DNA of 64,000 nt, taken from Betaproteobacteria bacterium (GTDB lineage Bacteria > Pseudomonadota > Gammaproteobacteria > Burkholderiales > Burkholderiaceae_C). A program made the translations under genes and the position numbers. Below are positions 1-10,039 of the stretch, one piece after another. The notes under the pieces are model-generated. The model had not been told where the DNA came from. It made no database searches and saw nothing but the letters and a program-made list of their open reading frames with translations. Position 1 is the stretch's first letter, and each line of letters starts with the position of its first letter. The stretch is from contig JAYWHD010000036.1 in NCBI GenBank assembly GCA_043777895.1, positions 9,860-73,859 on the forward strand, written 5' to 3'.

Positions 1-1893
1 CCACTGGGTCAGATACTATATATGCCTGCTTGGATTCCTGGCAGTTATAAAATCCGTGAATTTGCTAAAAATATCACTCAAATTCAGGCGTACTATCATA
101 ATCAATCTAGTCAAACTCAAACTCAAACTCAAACTATTACTCGCTTAAAACAACTTGATAAACACAGCTGGCAAGCTGAACCTTGGTTAGTTGATACTAA
201 CACTAACATTAATACTGATATTGATATTGATACTAATATTGATGCTAATATTAATTTGACAGTGATTTGTTATATTTATGCTTATGATTTATCTGTACGA
301 ACCATTTACTTAGACGAATATTATGCTGTAATTAATTTTTCAAGTTTATGTTTAGCAGTCAAAGGGCAAGAAAATCGTCCTTGTTGTATAACATTGTTGC
401 CGCCTTGCAGCAATACACACAATCAGCACCGTATTGAAGCGGAGACTTGGCAAGTAGTAACCAGTTTACCCCGTTATCACCATACTTTACCAAAGCATTT
501 TGGAGCATACTATGCCATTGATTATGATGCACTAATTGATTATCCTGTCTATCTTGCCCCCAAGCACTTAATACAATGGGGACAGTTTACAGTCAATAAT
601 GCACTGCATATTATTGCAATAGTTGGTCGTATACCTAGTTTAGATATGCCGCGTTTAATACGTGATACACAAGCCATTTGTGCCGCACAGATTGCTTTAT
701 TTGCCCCTGACACTCATGATGCACCTTTTTTAGATTCTGACACTCAAGCACACTATATATTTATGACACAGGCAGTCAGCGATGCTTATGGTGGGCTAGA
801 ACACCGTGCCAGTACAGCACTCATTTGTAAACGTAGCGATTTACCCAATAATTTAGATAAAAGCCATGAGGTAAGTGCGGGTTACCAACAATATTTAGGC
901 TTAATTAGCCATGAATATTTTCATACATGGCTCGTTAAGCGGATTAAACCTGCTAACTTTGTCAAGTATGATTTAATACAAGAAAACTATACGCCTTTAT
1001 TGTGGTTATTTGAAGGGTTTACCGCTTATTACGATGATTTAATATTGGTACGTGCCAACATTATCACACCCCAGCAATATTTAGACGGTGTATCTAAAAC
1101 AATTAGCAGCGTTTTACGTACCCAAGCCCATTTGACTCAAAGTATTGCCGATGCTAGTTTTAATGCTTGGGTTAAATATTACAACCCCGATGCAAATAGC
1201 CCCAATGTAGACAGCAATTACTATACGCAAGGTAGCTTAATTGCTTTGTATTTAGATTTATATATTCGCTTACATACAGGTATTTTTAACACAGAAAAGG
1301 GTGTAACAACGCAAGCAAAAAGCTTAGATGACGTTATGCGGTTACTTTGGTATCGTTTTGGAAATGACTTTTACAAAGCCAATAATCAGCCAAAGACAGG
1401 GGTTACTTTAGCGGATATTTACGCAACATTTAATTCAGCAACGGGGCTACATTTAGACAGTTTAATTGAATCACTGACGCAAATCGCTGCCGATATACCG
1501 CTACAAGTTTTAATAGAACAGTTTGGGATAACGTGGACTCAAACGGCTTTATCAAACACTGTTAGCTTAGGGGCTAATATAAAAAATATAGGAAACGAAG
1601 TTTACTTAGCCAATGTTTACACGAATGAAGCAGCTCATAAAGCGGGTTTATCAGGGGGAGATTGCTTAATTTCGCTGGACAAACTGCGGATTACAGCCAG
1701 TAGTTTACCTACAATTTTGGCACGGCTACCTGCTGGAAAAACAGTTCATGTACTGGCTTGGCGACGCGATGAACTCATTGATACACATATTACTTTGGAC
1801 GATTCACCCACTACACAGGTTAAACTAAGCTTAAAAAAAGTAATGCCCGGTTGCTTGACTGAATGGCTAAAAATAACGGTAATGTTTAAATAA
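1..1893 (+). CDS. M61-family glycyl aminopeptidase with C-terminal PDZ-like domain (5' end outside window)
   Basis: HExxH zinc motif (ISHEYFHTW), FEGFTAYYDD and a PDZ-like tail (GLSGGDCLISLD). The frame is open back to nt 1, so the gene starts upstream of the window. It contains an in-frame (CAAACT)4 and an N/D/T/I-rich insertion. Confidence 0.8.
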   Translation, partial: PLGQILYMPAWIPGSYKIREFAKNITQIQAYYHNQSSQTQTQTQTITRLKQLDKHSWQAEPWLVDTNTNINTDIDIDTNIDANINLTVICYIYAYDLSVRTIYLDEYYAVINFSSLCLAVKGQENRPCCITLLPPCSNTHNQHRIEAETWQVVTSLPRYHHTLPKHFGAYYAIDYDALIDYPVYLAPKHLIQWGQFTVNNALHIIAIVGRIPSLDMPRLIRDTQAICAAQIALFAPDTHDAPFLDSDTQAHYIFMTQAVSDAYGGLEHRASTALICKRSDLPNNLDKSHEVSAGYQQYLGLISHEYFHTWLVKRIKPANFVKYDLIQENYTPLLWLFEGFTAYYDDLILVRANIITPQQYLDGVSKTISSVLRTQAHLTQSIADASFNAWVKYYNPDANSPNVDSNYYTQGSLIALYLDLYIRLHTGIFNTEKGVTTQAKSLDDVMRLLWYRFGNDFYKANNQPKTGVTLADIYATFNSATGLHLDSLIESLTQIAADIPLQVLIEQFGITWTQTALSNTVSLGANIKNIGNEVYLANVYTNEAAHKAGLSGGDCLISLDKLRITASSLPTILARLPAGKTVHVLAWRRDELIDTHITLDDSPTTQVKLSLKKVMPGCLTEWLKITVMFK

Positions 1894-1896
1894 CAA

Positions 1897-3081
1897 TTAG
1901 CTAGGATAAGGCAAAACCGATGAAGCGGATAAATCATTAGCCGCTTGCATTAATAACCATGAACGAATCCGAGTCGCATCGTTAATACGCGACATTTTCC
2001 CCGCAGAATCAAGTAGTACCATCATCACTGAACGCCCATCTATGAGTGCATGCATCACTAAACATTGTCCTGCAGCGTTAATAAAACCCGTCTTTTGTAA
2101 CAAAACAGTCCACTCTGGATTATTAACTAAACGATTAGTACTGTGAAAAGACAACAACTGCCCCATCTCTCCAGTTAATGTTAAACTGGATTGAGTGGAA
2201 AAATCACGGATTAATGGATACTTACTAGCTGCTTTCATTAGCTTAACTAAATCTTGTGCTGACGCCATATTGGCACTGGCTAAACCCGTACCTTCAACAA
2301 AATAACTTTGATTCATACCTAACTGCATTGCTTTGTAGTTCATTGCATCAACAAATGCCGATTTACCGCCTGGATAATAGCGAGTTAGCATATTAGCAGC
2401 ACGGTTTTCACTTGACATTAAGGCTAAGTGTAGTGCTTCACGGCGACGCAACTGAATACCCAAACCTAAACGCGAACGTACTTGCTTTTCTAACTGTAAA
2501 TCAGGTTCTTCAATCGTTAATATTTCATCTAAATCTTGATGTGAATCCATCACAACTAAAGCTGTCATTAGCTTAGTAATTGAAGCAATAGGCAAAGCCG
2601 TTGAGCTATTTTTATCCAATAATACTTCGCCTGTTTTTACATCAACTACAAATGCAACCGATGATTTTAACGCTAAAGGATCTGGTGTATCGCGTAAACC
2701 TACCGATACCGCCATACTTGAAGGCGGTAGATGTGTAGCAACATAGGCCGTAGTTTTATAACGAGTAGCACTAGAATAGTAAGCATCATTTAATGATGTT
2801 TTCAAGCTAGGGAATGTTTTCTTTGAACTTAAATGACTGGATTGACTATTATGGCTGTTATTAGCTTTAGTATTATTCAATTTAATTTTAATTACTCGCC
2901 CTGCTTTTGTGGATTTGGGCTCAATTTTAATAGTATGTTTAGTTTTGACGACAGTAAAGTTTTTTTTAGAATGTTCATGGCGATTTTTTGCATCAACTAC
3001 GCCATTACCTAACACTAATATTAATGTTACAAAAAGAGCTTGTCTTAACAAACACAATGACGAATAACGTAGAAAATTCAT
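1897..3081 (-). CDS. pbpG: D-alanyl-D-alanine endopeptidase (PBP7-type, peptidase S11) with low-complexity N-terminal extension
   Basis: SITK (SxxK), SSENRAA (SxN) and KTGF (KTG) motifs are collinear with E. coli PBP7 (KTGFxNAAGxCLVM). Confidence 0.88.
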   Translation of the reverse strand: MNFLRYSSLCLLRQALFVTLILVLGNGVVDAKNRHEHSKKNFTVVKTKHTIKIEPKSTKAGRVIKIKLNNTKANNSHNSQSSHLSSKKTFPSLKTSLNDAYYSSATRYKTTAYVATHLPPSSMAVSVGLRDTPDPLALKSSVAFVVDVKTGEVLLDKNSSTALPIASITKLMTALVVMDSHQDLDEILTIEEPDLQLEKQVRSRLGLGIQLRRREALHLALMSSENRAANMLTRYYPGGKSAFVDAMNYKAMQLGMNQSYFVEGTGLASANMASAQDLVKLMKAASKYPLIRDFSTQSSLTLTGEMGQLLSFHSTNRLVNNPEWTVLLQKTGFINAAGQCLVMHALIDGRSVMMVLLDSAGKMSRINDATRIRSWLLMQAANDLSASSVLPYPS

Positions 3082-3249
3082 AAATATATCTCAATCAAAA
3101 ATTTAATCAATACTGGATACGATAACACTTAGCAAACGCTGATTTTAAATGTTATTTTTTATTAGCAATAGTAAATCAAGGAACATTACTTTTTATTACT
3201 AAATTATTAGCTCAATAAAAATTTAGAATTTTAAAATAAAGTGTAAAAA

Positions 3250-5052
3250 TTATATTAAATTATTTCTTGCACGCATTTCAGCATGTATTTTGTCTATTTC
3301 ATCTGGTAATTGACTAGGCTTGACCGAAGCATTGGGATTGGCTAAATTATTAGGGCCTACGATGCTATTAATAGGTGTAGTGGGTAGTTTGGTAGTATCT
3401 GATGCGTCTCTTGTCAACCATGCGTACATTTTATTTTCAAATTTTTCATTTGTTTTATTTATAGATTTTATTGTATTTGTAAATTCTTCACTTGATGATG
3501 GTCTAGGTGTAGGTATTCTTATAGTGCTAGGTATTGCATTTGATGTATTGGAACTCGCCAAAGTATCAGAGTTTGATCTTGCACTTGAAGTACTAGGGTT
3601 TGCTCCTGCACTTGCATTACTAGAGTTTGATTTTGTATTCAGACCATCACTTTTCGTTAATTGTTCATACGCATTATTAACCTCTCGTATTCTAATGGAC
3701 GATTCTACACTACTATTTTTATCTGGGTGATGATTGAGAGCCTCTTTCCTATATGCTCGTTTAATTTCGGCAAGTGTCGCATTGGCTGAAACCCCTAAGC
3801 TGTCACGAGCTAGCTTATCAAGAGCCATTTTTTTATCACTTGCAACATTAGAGTTTGCTGAAGGGTTAGGCCTTGTACCTGAAGTATTAGTATTTGCTGA
3901 AGGATTGGGTGGTCTAGTAGTATTTTGCGTAGCACTTGGCGTACCAGCCGCTGCAACATTATTGATAAATCTACCCACTTTTTGTGCAGTTTTTCTCATA
4001 TAAGGTTGATGCGGGGTTGCATTACGCGTACTCATAGCCATACCCACACCAGATTTTGTTGTACCTGCTGTCAATAATGTACCAGCAAAATTAGCAGAGT
4101 TAGCTGGAACCCAAGCGATTAAAGCGGTTAAAGTAATCCCAAACCCTGCTTGAATAACAGATTCTTGTAATTCAGAAATAACGTAACTACCTACCGTACT
4201 ACTCATATAATGACTGGCTATGCCCCCAGCCGAAAGAGTCGCTAAAATAGCTAAAAATGAAATGGTTACTTTAGTACAAATAGTAATAGTTACAATCAAA
4301 ACAGCCATTTGGATACTTGCAGCAAACATCATATTAAGCCAACTATGAAAAAACTCGCGAGTCACTTTGTACAACATACAGTACAACGCTAAGGGGAATA
4401 ACGCTAGCCCAGTTTTAATCATTAATTCGTTAATCAAAAAAATAATTCCTGCCGTAATTTGTGGCGAGACATCAGATATAAGCGCCATAATAAAAGCAGT
4501 CGTTTGTAGAGGTGCACTGACATCTTTCATCACGGGTGCCATAGTGAGTAAGTTAGATGCGGCAAAAGCTGCGTTCATTAAGCCTAATTCAATGGCTATT
4601 TTTCTACCAGGTATTGTAGTTGTCAACACACTAATTGGAGGAAGCCCTAAAAGGGTTAAATCACCCGAACTATTTGGATTAATTAAGTTACCTGTAGACC
4701 ATTCACCAGGCGATGTCTGCATAGCACCCGTCAAACCATCAATGATCATTCGGCGTAAGGCCTTCACAAGACCCAATGCGCTATCTACATCTGTTTTTAC
4801 ATAGTGTAAAACTATTATGACTATAATTACATGATACAGTAAGTCACGTAAGCTTGGGTTAGGCACTGCTTCAGTAGACTTTTGTAAAATAATTATGTAC
4901 CCGTAATGTGCAATGTACATTGTTTCAATGCCTAAGGCAATAATCATTATTGAAGTACCAAATTTAGCGATTGCTGGATCTACCACAGCACTGTAACCAC
5001 TTAAGATTAAGGTAGAAATGAGTTGAAATATGGGGTAGGCAAACGAATCCAT
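3250..5052 (-). CDS. Polytopic membrane protein with internal DnaJ-type J-domain and S/N/T/P-rich tail
   Basis: aa 1-335 are hydrophobic with multiple spans by eye. aa 417-468 read LGVSANATLAEIKRAYRKEALNHHPDKN...VNNAYEQL. The HPD codons are at 3721-3729. Confidence 0.75.
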   Translation of the reverse strand: MDSFAYPIFQLISTLILSGYSAVVDPAIAKFGTSIMIIALGIETMYIAHYGYIIILQKSTEAVPNPSLRDLLYHVIIVIIVLHYVKTDVDSALGLVKALRRMIIDGLTGAMQTSPGEWSTGNLINPNSSGDLTLLGLPPISVLTTTIPGRKIAIELGLMNAAFAASNLLTMAPVMKDVSAPLQTTAFIMALISDVSPQITAGIIFLINELMIKTGLALFPLALYCMLYKVTREFFHSWLNMMFAASIQMAVLIVTITICTKVTISFLAILATLSAGGIASHYMSSTVGSYVISELQESVIQAGFGITLTALIAWVPANSANFAGTLLTAGTTKSGVGMAMSTRNATPHQPYMRKTAQKVGRFINNVAAAGTPSATQNTTRPPNPSANTNTSGTRPNPSANSNVASDKKMALDKLARDSLGVSANATLAEIKRAYRKEALNHHPDKNSSVESSIRIREVNNAYEQLTKSDGLNTKSNSSNASAGANPSTSSARSNSDTLASSNTSNAIPSTIRIPTPRPSSSEEFTNTIKSINKTNEKFENKMYAWLTRDASDTTKLPTTPINSIVGPNNLANPNASVKPSQLPDEIDKIHAEMRARNNLI

Positions 5053-5066
5053 AAATATTCCTGTTT

Positions 5067-5240
5067 AATTTATATTTATATTTATTTATTTATATTTATT
5101 TATATTTATTTTTTATTTATATTTTTTTAAATTTACACTATTTATGCTATTTACTATGTTACTTATAGTATTCACATACTTACAATATTCGCCTATTTGT
5201 TTACTTACTTACTTACTTATTTGTTTACTTATTTGTTTAA
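5067..5240. repeat. A+T-rich tandem repeats (TTATATTTAT-type; (TTAC)4; TTATTTGTTTAC x3)
   Basis: Read directly in the spacer between the J-protein start and rpmE2. Confidence 0.8.
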
Positions 5241-5373
5241 GTCAGCCTATAAAATATTATTTAAGTACTAACAAAACGTTATGTGCAATAATAGCGTTTT
5301 AAACCCAAACTTGGTAAGTGTTTTACATTTAATTAAAACTGTAAAGTGGCTACCTCCTAACTAAGAGTATTTT

Positions 5374-5631
5374 ATGAAAAAAAGCATTCACCCAAACTTT
5401 CGCGAAGTATTATTTTTAGATGTAACCAACGCTAAAAAGTACATTATTCGCTCTACTTTAAATAGTAAAGAAACCATTGAACACGAAGGTAAAACCTATC
5501 CTTTGTTTAAATGTGATTTAACCTCTAGTTCGCACCCATTTTATACGGGCGAACAGAATAAAATCGTTGATACCGCAGGTCGTGTTGATCGCTTTAAACA
5601 AAAATTTGCTAAAATGACTGGTAAAGCGTAA
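5374..5631 (+). CDS. rpmE2: 50S ribosomal protein L31, type B (no CxxC zinc motif)
   Basis: [12 protein letters not shown]...[11 protein letters not shown]...[10 protein letters not shown]. It lacks the Cys pairs of type A L31. Confidence 0.92.
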   Translation: MKKSIHPNFREVLFLDVTNAKKYIIRSTLNSKETIEHEGKTYPLFKCDLTSSSHPFYTGEQNKIVDTAGRVDRFKQKFAKMTGKA

Positions 5632-5700
5632 TTTTATACAATTTATAAACTTATTTTTATAAACTATAGATTTATTTAATCTTAATTAATTTTAATATAA

Positions 5701-5743
5701 GCAGTAGTAAAAAGCCCTATACAGTGCGGTTTTTTACTACTGC
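5701..5743 (+). terminator. Hairpin downstream of rpmE2
   Basis: GCAGTAGTAAAAA (5701-5713) pairs with TTTTTACTACTGC (5731-5743). There is no clean T-tail after the stem. Confidence 0.45.
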
Positions 5744-5856
5744 TTACTGCTTAAAGGCAATACATATTTTATAAAAATACTTTTAAGATACTTTTAAGAT
5801 ACCTATTTTAAATACCTATTTAATGCTTAGTACATTAACACTACCAAAGGCTTTTC

Positions 5857-7152
5857 ATGTTAGACATTCAACAATTACGCAAAGAGTTACCCTCAATTGT
5901 CGCTAGTTTAAGTACGCGTGGTTTTACATTTGATACCAGTACTTTTGAATCTCTAGAAACGCAAAGAAAAACACTACAATTTAGCACAGAACAATTACAG
6001 GCACAACGCAATAGCTTATCCAAACAAGTCGGCATATTAAAAGCAAAAAAAGTAGATGTCAGCGATATTTTAAACAAAGTATCTATTGTAAGTAACGAAC
6101 TGTCACACAATGAACAAACACTGAAAAACTTACAAAATCAAATTGAATTATTTTTGTTAGACATACCCAATATTCCGCACAGTTCAGTCCCGATTGGAAC
6201 GAATGAACAGGGTAATTTAGAATTATTACGCTGGGGTATTCCTCGCGTGTTTACTAATGAAACTACACTGAAAGACCATGTTGATATCGGTACATCATTA
6301 GGGTTAGATTTTGATACAGGCACTGTATTAACAGGCTCTCGCTTCGCTGTGCTAAAAGGCGGCATCGCAAAACTACACCGTGCCTTAGCTGCGTTTATGT
6401 TAGATATGCACACCACTGAACACGGCTACACCGAATACTATACACCCTATATTGTTAATGCAGAAACATTACGAGGAACGGGTCAATTACCCAAGTTTGA
6501 AGCCGATTTATTTGCAGTTAAAAAAGGGGGGCAAGACAGTGACAATGAATTGCTTTACTTAATTCCAACTGCCGAAGTCACTTTAACCAATACGGTACGC
6601 GGTGCATTGTTAAATGCAACTGATTTACCTCTAAAAATGACTGCCCATACCCCCTGTTTTCGTAGCGAAGCAGGCAGTTATGGCCGTGATACGCGAGGTC
6701 TCATTCGCCAACACCAATTTGATAAAGTTGAAATGGTACAAATAACTGATACTAGTACCAGCTATGCGGCACTAGAACAACTAACACAGCATGCTGAAGC
6801 CATTTTACAGGCGTTAGAATTACCTTATAGAAAAATGCTCTTGTGTACTGGTGATATGGGATTTAGTGCCAGCAAAACCTATGATTTAGAGGTATGGTTA
6901 CCCGCTCAAAATACTTATCGAGAGATTAGTTCTTGCTCAAATTGTGAAGCTTTTCAAGCAAGACGACTAGGTACTCGATCTAAGGGTTTAGCAGGTAAAA
7001 CTGAACCCGTGCATACCTTAAATGGTAGTGGTTTAGCAGTAGGCCGTACTTTAGTTGCTATTTTAGAAAACTATCAAAATACTGATGGTTCTGTCAATAT
7101 TCCAACGGCTTTGCAGCCTTGGATGGGCGGTATAAAGCAACTATATACTTAA
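5857..7152 (+). CDS. serS: Seryl-tRNA synthetase
   Basis: N-terminal coiled-coil arm plus a class II core ([46 protein letters not shown]). Confidence 0.96.
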   Translation: MLDIQQLRKELPSIVASLSTRGFTFDTSTFESLETQRKTLQFSTEQLQAQRNSLSKQVGILKAKKVDVSDILNKVSIVSNELSHNEQTLKNLQNQIELFLLDIPNIPHSSVPIGTNEQGNLELLRWGIPRVFTNETTLKDHVDIGTSLGLDFDTGTVLTGSRFAVLKGGIAKLHRALAAFMLDMHTTEHGYTEYYTPYIVNAETLRGTGQLPKFEADLFAVKKGGQDSDNELLYLIPTAEVTLTNTVRGALLNATDLPLKMTAHTPCFRSEAGSYGRDTRGLIRQHQFDKVEMVQITDTSTSYAALEQLTQHAEAILQALELPYRKMLLCTGDMGFSASKTYDLEVWLPAQNTYREISSCSNCEAFQARRLGTRSKGLAGKTEPVHTLNGSGLAVGRTLVAILENYQNTDGSVNIPTALQPWMGGIKQLYT

Positions 7153-7180
7153 ATTAAGCGAATATCTATCATCTACATGG

Positions 7181-7248
7181 TATATGATTTTAGATATTAT
7201 ATGATTTTAGATATAATTTATTTTTTAGAGTGTGATTTTTAGAGTGTG
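7181..7248. repeat. Two back-to-back direct duplications (TATATGATTTTAGATA x2; TTTTTAGAGTGTGA x2)
   Basis: Read directly. They abut the start of the 927-aa ORF. Confidence 0.8.
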
Positions 7249-7249
7249 A

Positions 7250-10033
7250 GTGTCTATGTCCATATTGTCTACATTTAAAGCTTTGTTTACGCGTCAAAAT
7301 AATAGTCATCATAAAACTATTATTAAAGACATACCCAAAAAAAATTCTGCTTCACCTTCTATAGCGATGCCTATACAAGCACAAATAAAATCAACTACAC
7401 CCGCTTTTGATGCCCAAGCCGTTCAAGTTGAACTGAATAGTTTAATTAATTTACCGAACGATGCACATAAAGATGGGTTACTTATAGCATTTGCAACTAA
7501 AAGCTTAAGTACGCAGCACCGTTGGCAAGCGGTACAAGCAACGAGTCCCGCAGCATGGCAAACTATTTTGACACAGGTTGCACCGCGTGACCGCCGTATA
7601 TTTAAATGGGTTAAGGCTGAAATAGCCAACCAAAAAGCAGCCCAGACCAAAGAATCTACGTGGGCTGATTTATCAAGCCGTTATCAAACATTGTTACGAA
7701 CACCCAGTATAGAAGTGAGTCATTTTATTGATTTAGACAAAGCCTTTGACAATGCACATACCAAATGTACATTTGATATAAATATCCAAACTACGGTTAC
7801 TGAATGGCGTTCACAGCTACAAAGCCGTCTACAAATACAAAATGATATGCAACGAACGGCTCAACGCTTATTAGCGGATATTAAGCATATTTATGCCCTT
7901 GCACAGTCGGGCGAATGCGATACCCATTTAACTGTGCAATTAGATGCAGCAGTGACTACCTATAATGACTTACCTGCGGCCAATGGTGTATTGGCTATTC
8001 AACGTTTATATGAAGAAATAAATACACTGTTACCTATAGTCAATACAACACTGACGGACGCTGCTATTGCAGCAAACCAGTTAAATGAAGTCAATCAATT
8101 GCTTAAAAAAGCGCAGGACTTTTCTCAACAAGACCCTAGCAGCATTAACGCTATTGGAATAGCTGAATTAAAACGTACTTGGCTTGATAAATTTAATGGC
8201 TATGAAGCACAAAAGCGTAGCTTTGAAACTGCATTAAACCAAGCTAATCAGCAATTGTCTGTCTATCAATCACAATTAATAGCACATTGTAACGGCTATC
8301 AAAATGAGTTAAACAATAAACAAATTGCTTTGTCTGCCGCCTTAGAAGCAGGACAAGGACAAACTAGTGTTGCACTGTTTGACGAAATAAATGCCTACAT
8401 TGCTCAATCATCGACACTAGATGTACCCACATTGCCCAGTGAACAGTCTGCTGAACTAGACCGTTTATTGTCGCAAGCCCGAGAAATACGCAGTTTGTTA
8501 TGGCAAGGTGCTGCATTAGAACGTGACATAATCATTAATAAACTACAGTCTTTAGCTGATAAACCTTTAGTGGGTAAATTCCAAGAAGCTGCATTTAAAG
8601 AAGCCATAGACGCTTGGAAAGCTATTAATCTTAAAGCAGGTAACGCGCCTAGTGGTGTTTATAATCAATTTAAAATTGCCAGTGATGCCGCTTATAACCC
8701 AATTAAGCTATATAAAGAAGGTATGCGACAAGTCAATACCGTTGGTAACGAACAACGTGAAATTTTACTCACCGAACTAAGCACTATTCAAGCGGAAATT
8801 GATTGGAATACAGTGGATTGGCGTGGTGTAGAGGACTTACGCAAAGAAGCCCGTAAACAATGGCGTGAATGTTTACCTGCTTCATACAAAGACCGTGATA
8901 CACTGTATCAACGTTTTGATGCAACTATGCAGGTGTTTGAAGAAAAATTAGCCTATGCTCGTACAACAGAATTAAGCCGTAGAGACACTTTAACGCAAGC
9001 AGCCAAGGCTTTAGACGGACAACCCTTTGCCGAACAACATAGCCAAGCCCGTGAGTTAATGGCCCGCTATAGTAGCGAAAGAATTAATGTATTAATACCG
9101 CGTGAACTTGACCAAGCTTCATGGCTAAGTTTTCGTGCTGCCGTTGATGCGGTTTATGCACGGCGTGACGCAGAACGTCAAGCTGAAATTAATACTACTA
9201 ATCAAGTAATCACGGACTTAATTAACGCTAAACACACTGTCTTAACGCAGTTAAAAACGATTTATTCTAATACACCTATACCTGTATTTACGCCTATATT
9301 GAATGGTACTGAAAATAACTCCGTAATCAATAACGTGTCTTTAAACTCTAAGTCATTACAAGCCGCATTAACTAAAGCTCAAAATGATTGGTATGAGTTA
9401 GGCGAATTGTCCCCAGAAATAATGGGGGTGAATAGTGAATGCTTGATACAAGACTGGCTGGCGACTCAAGCTGATGTAGATATAAATATAAATAGCTTAA
9501 AAAACTACGAAAAACAAGCCCGCATCGTACAAGCATTAAATGTAGCAAAAGCACTTGATAGTAACAGCATTAATAATATTGATAATGCTATTAATACTAA
9601 TAATACTAATAATACTAATAATACTGATAATACTGATAATATTAATACTGATTTGCTCAATATATGGACTGTTGCCAGTGAAGACAGTTTGATTAAACAC
9701 GCATTTATTAAGCGTATTACTGCCTTACAAAATAATACCCAGCGTGTATCTGATACAGCCGAAGCATTGCATCAAGCAATATTAATCGCTGAAATTACTA
9801 ATCAAATGGATAGCCCAACTGCTTATAAAGCAGACCGTTTAGCATTACAAGTCCAATCTTTGTCTGATAAGCTTACTGGGACAAAGCAGCAAAACCCTGA
9901 TACAGGGCTTATTGCGTGGCTCACCGCTTTAGCATTACCCAATAGTACTCAAGGTGAAGCGGGCGAACGCCTTGCTTTAATGGCGAAACAACTTAGCTCT
10001 ACAACACTACCCAATAGCTATTTCGTAAAGTAA
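7250..10033 (+). CDS. Large all-helical Q/A/L-rich protein, DUF349-like repeats
   Basis: Repeated W...(L)(Y/W)xxF...motifs, for example KQWRECLPASYKDRDTLYQRFDATMQVFEEKL and DAWKAINLKAGNAPSGVYNQFKIASDAAY. An alternative ATG lies at 7256. There is an in-frame 9-nt repeat tract at 9568-9652. Confidence 0.45.
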   Translation: MSMSILSTFKALFTRQNNSHHKTIIKDIPKKNSASPSIAMPIQAQIKSTTPAFDAQAVQVELNSLINLPNDAHKDGLLIAFATKSLSTQHRWQAVQATSPAAWQTILTQVAPRDRRIFKWVKAEIANQKAAQTKESTWADLSSRYQTLLRTPSIEVSHFIDLDKAFDNAHTKCTFDINIQTTVTEWRSQLQSRLQIQNDMQRTAQRLLADIKHIYALAQSGECDTHLTVQLDAAVTTYNDLPAANGVLAIQRLYEEINTLLPIVNTTLTDAAIAANQLNEVNQLLKKAQDFSQQDPSSINAIGIAELKRTWLDKFNGYEAQKRSFETALNQANQQLSVYQSQLIAHCNGYQNELNNKQIALSAALEAGQGQTSVALFDEINAYIAQSSTLDVPTLPSEQSAELDRLLSQAREIRSLLWQGAALERDIIINKLQSLADKPLVGKFQEAAFKEAIDAWKAINLKAGNAPSGVYNQFKIASDAAYNPIKLYKEGMRQVNTVGNEQREILLTELSTIQAEIDWNTVDWRGVEDLRKEARKQWRECLPASYKDRDTLYQRFDATMQVFEEKLAYARTTELSRRDTLTQAAKALDGQPFAEQHSQARELMARYSSERINVLIPRELDQASWLSFRAAVDAVYARRDAERQAEINTTNQVITDLINAKHTVLTQLKTIYSNTPIPVFTPILNGTENNSVINNVSLNSKSLQAALTKAQNDWYELGELSPEIMGVNSECLIQDWLATQADVDININSLKNYEKQARIVQALNVAKALDSNSINNIDNAINTNNTNNTNNTDNTDNINTDLLNIWTVASEDSLIKHAFIKRITALQNNTQRVSDTAEALHQAILIAEITNQMDSPTAYKADRLALQVQSLSDKLTGTKQQNPDTGLIAWLTALALPNSTQGEAGERLALMAKQLSSTTLPNSYFVK
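9568..9652 (+). repeat. In-frame 9-nt tandem repeat (AATACTAAT/AATACTGAT) encoding NTNNTNNTNNTDNTDN
   Basis: Read directly inside the 927-aa ORF. Confidence 0.85.
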
Positions 10034-10039
10034 GACACT

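Noticed and set aside
3320-4804. Plus-strand ORFs (3320-3730, 3734-4003, 4367-4804) lie opposite the J-domain membrane protein gene.
   Set aside because: They are shadow ORFs of a long minus-strand gene that has clear domain signals. Their sequences are low-complexity mirror images with no motifs or ribosome-binding sites.
5632-5856. A leader or T-box-like element might lie upstream of serS.
   Set aside because: T-box leaders are not expected in proteobacteria. The region contains only the rpmE2 hairpin and duplicated 11-12-nt units (ATACTTTTAAG x2, ATACCTATTT x2). I saw no specifier or antiterminator structure.
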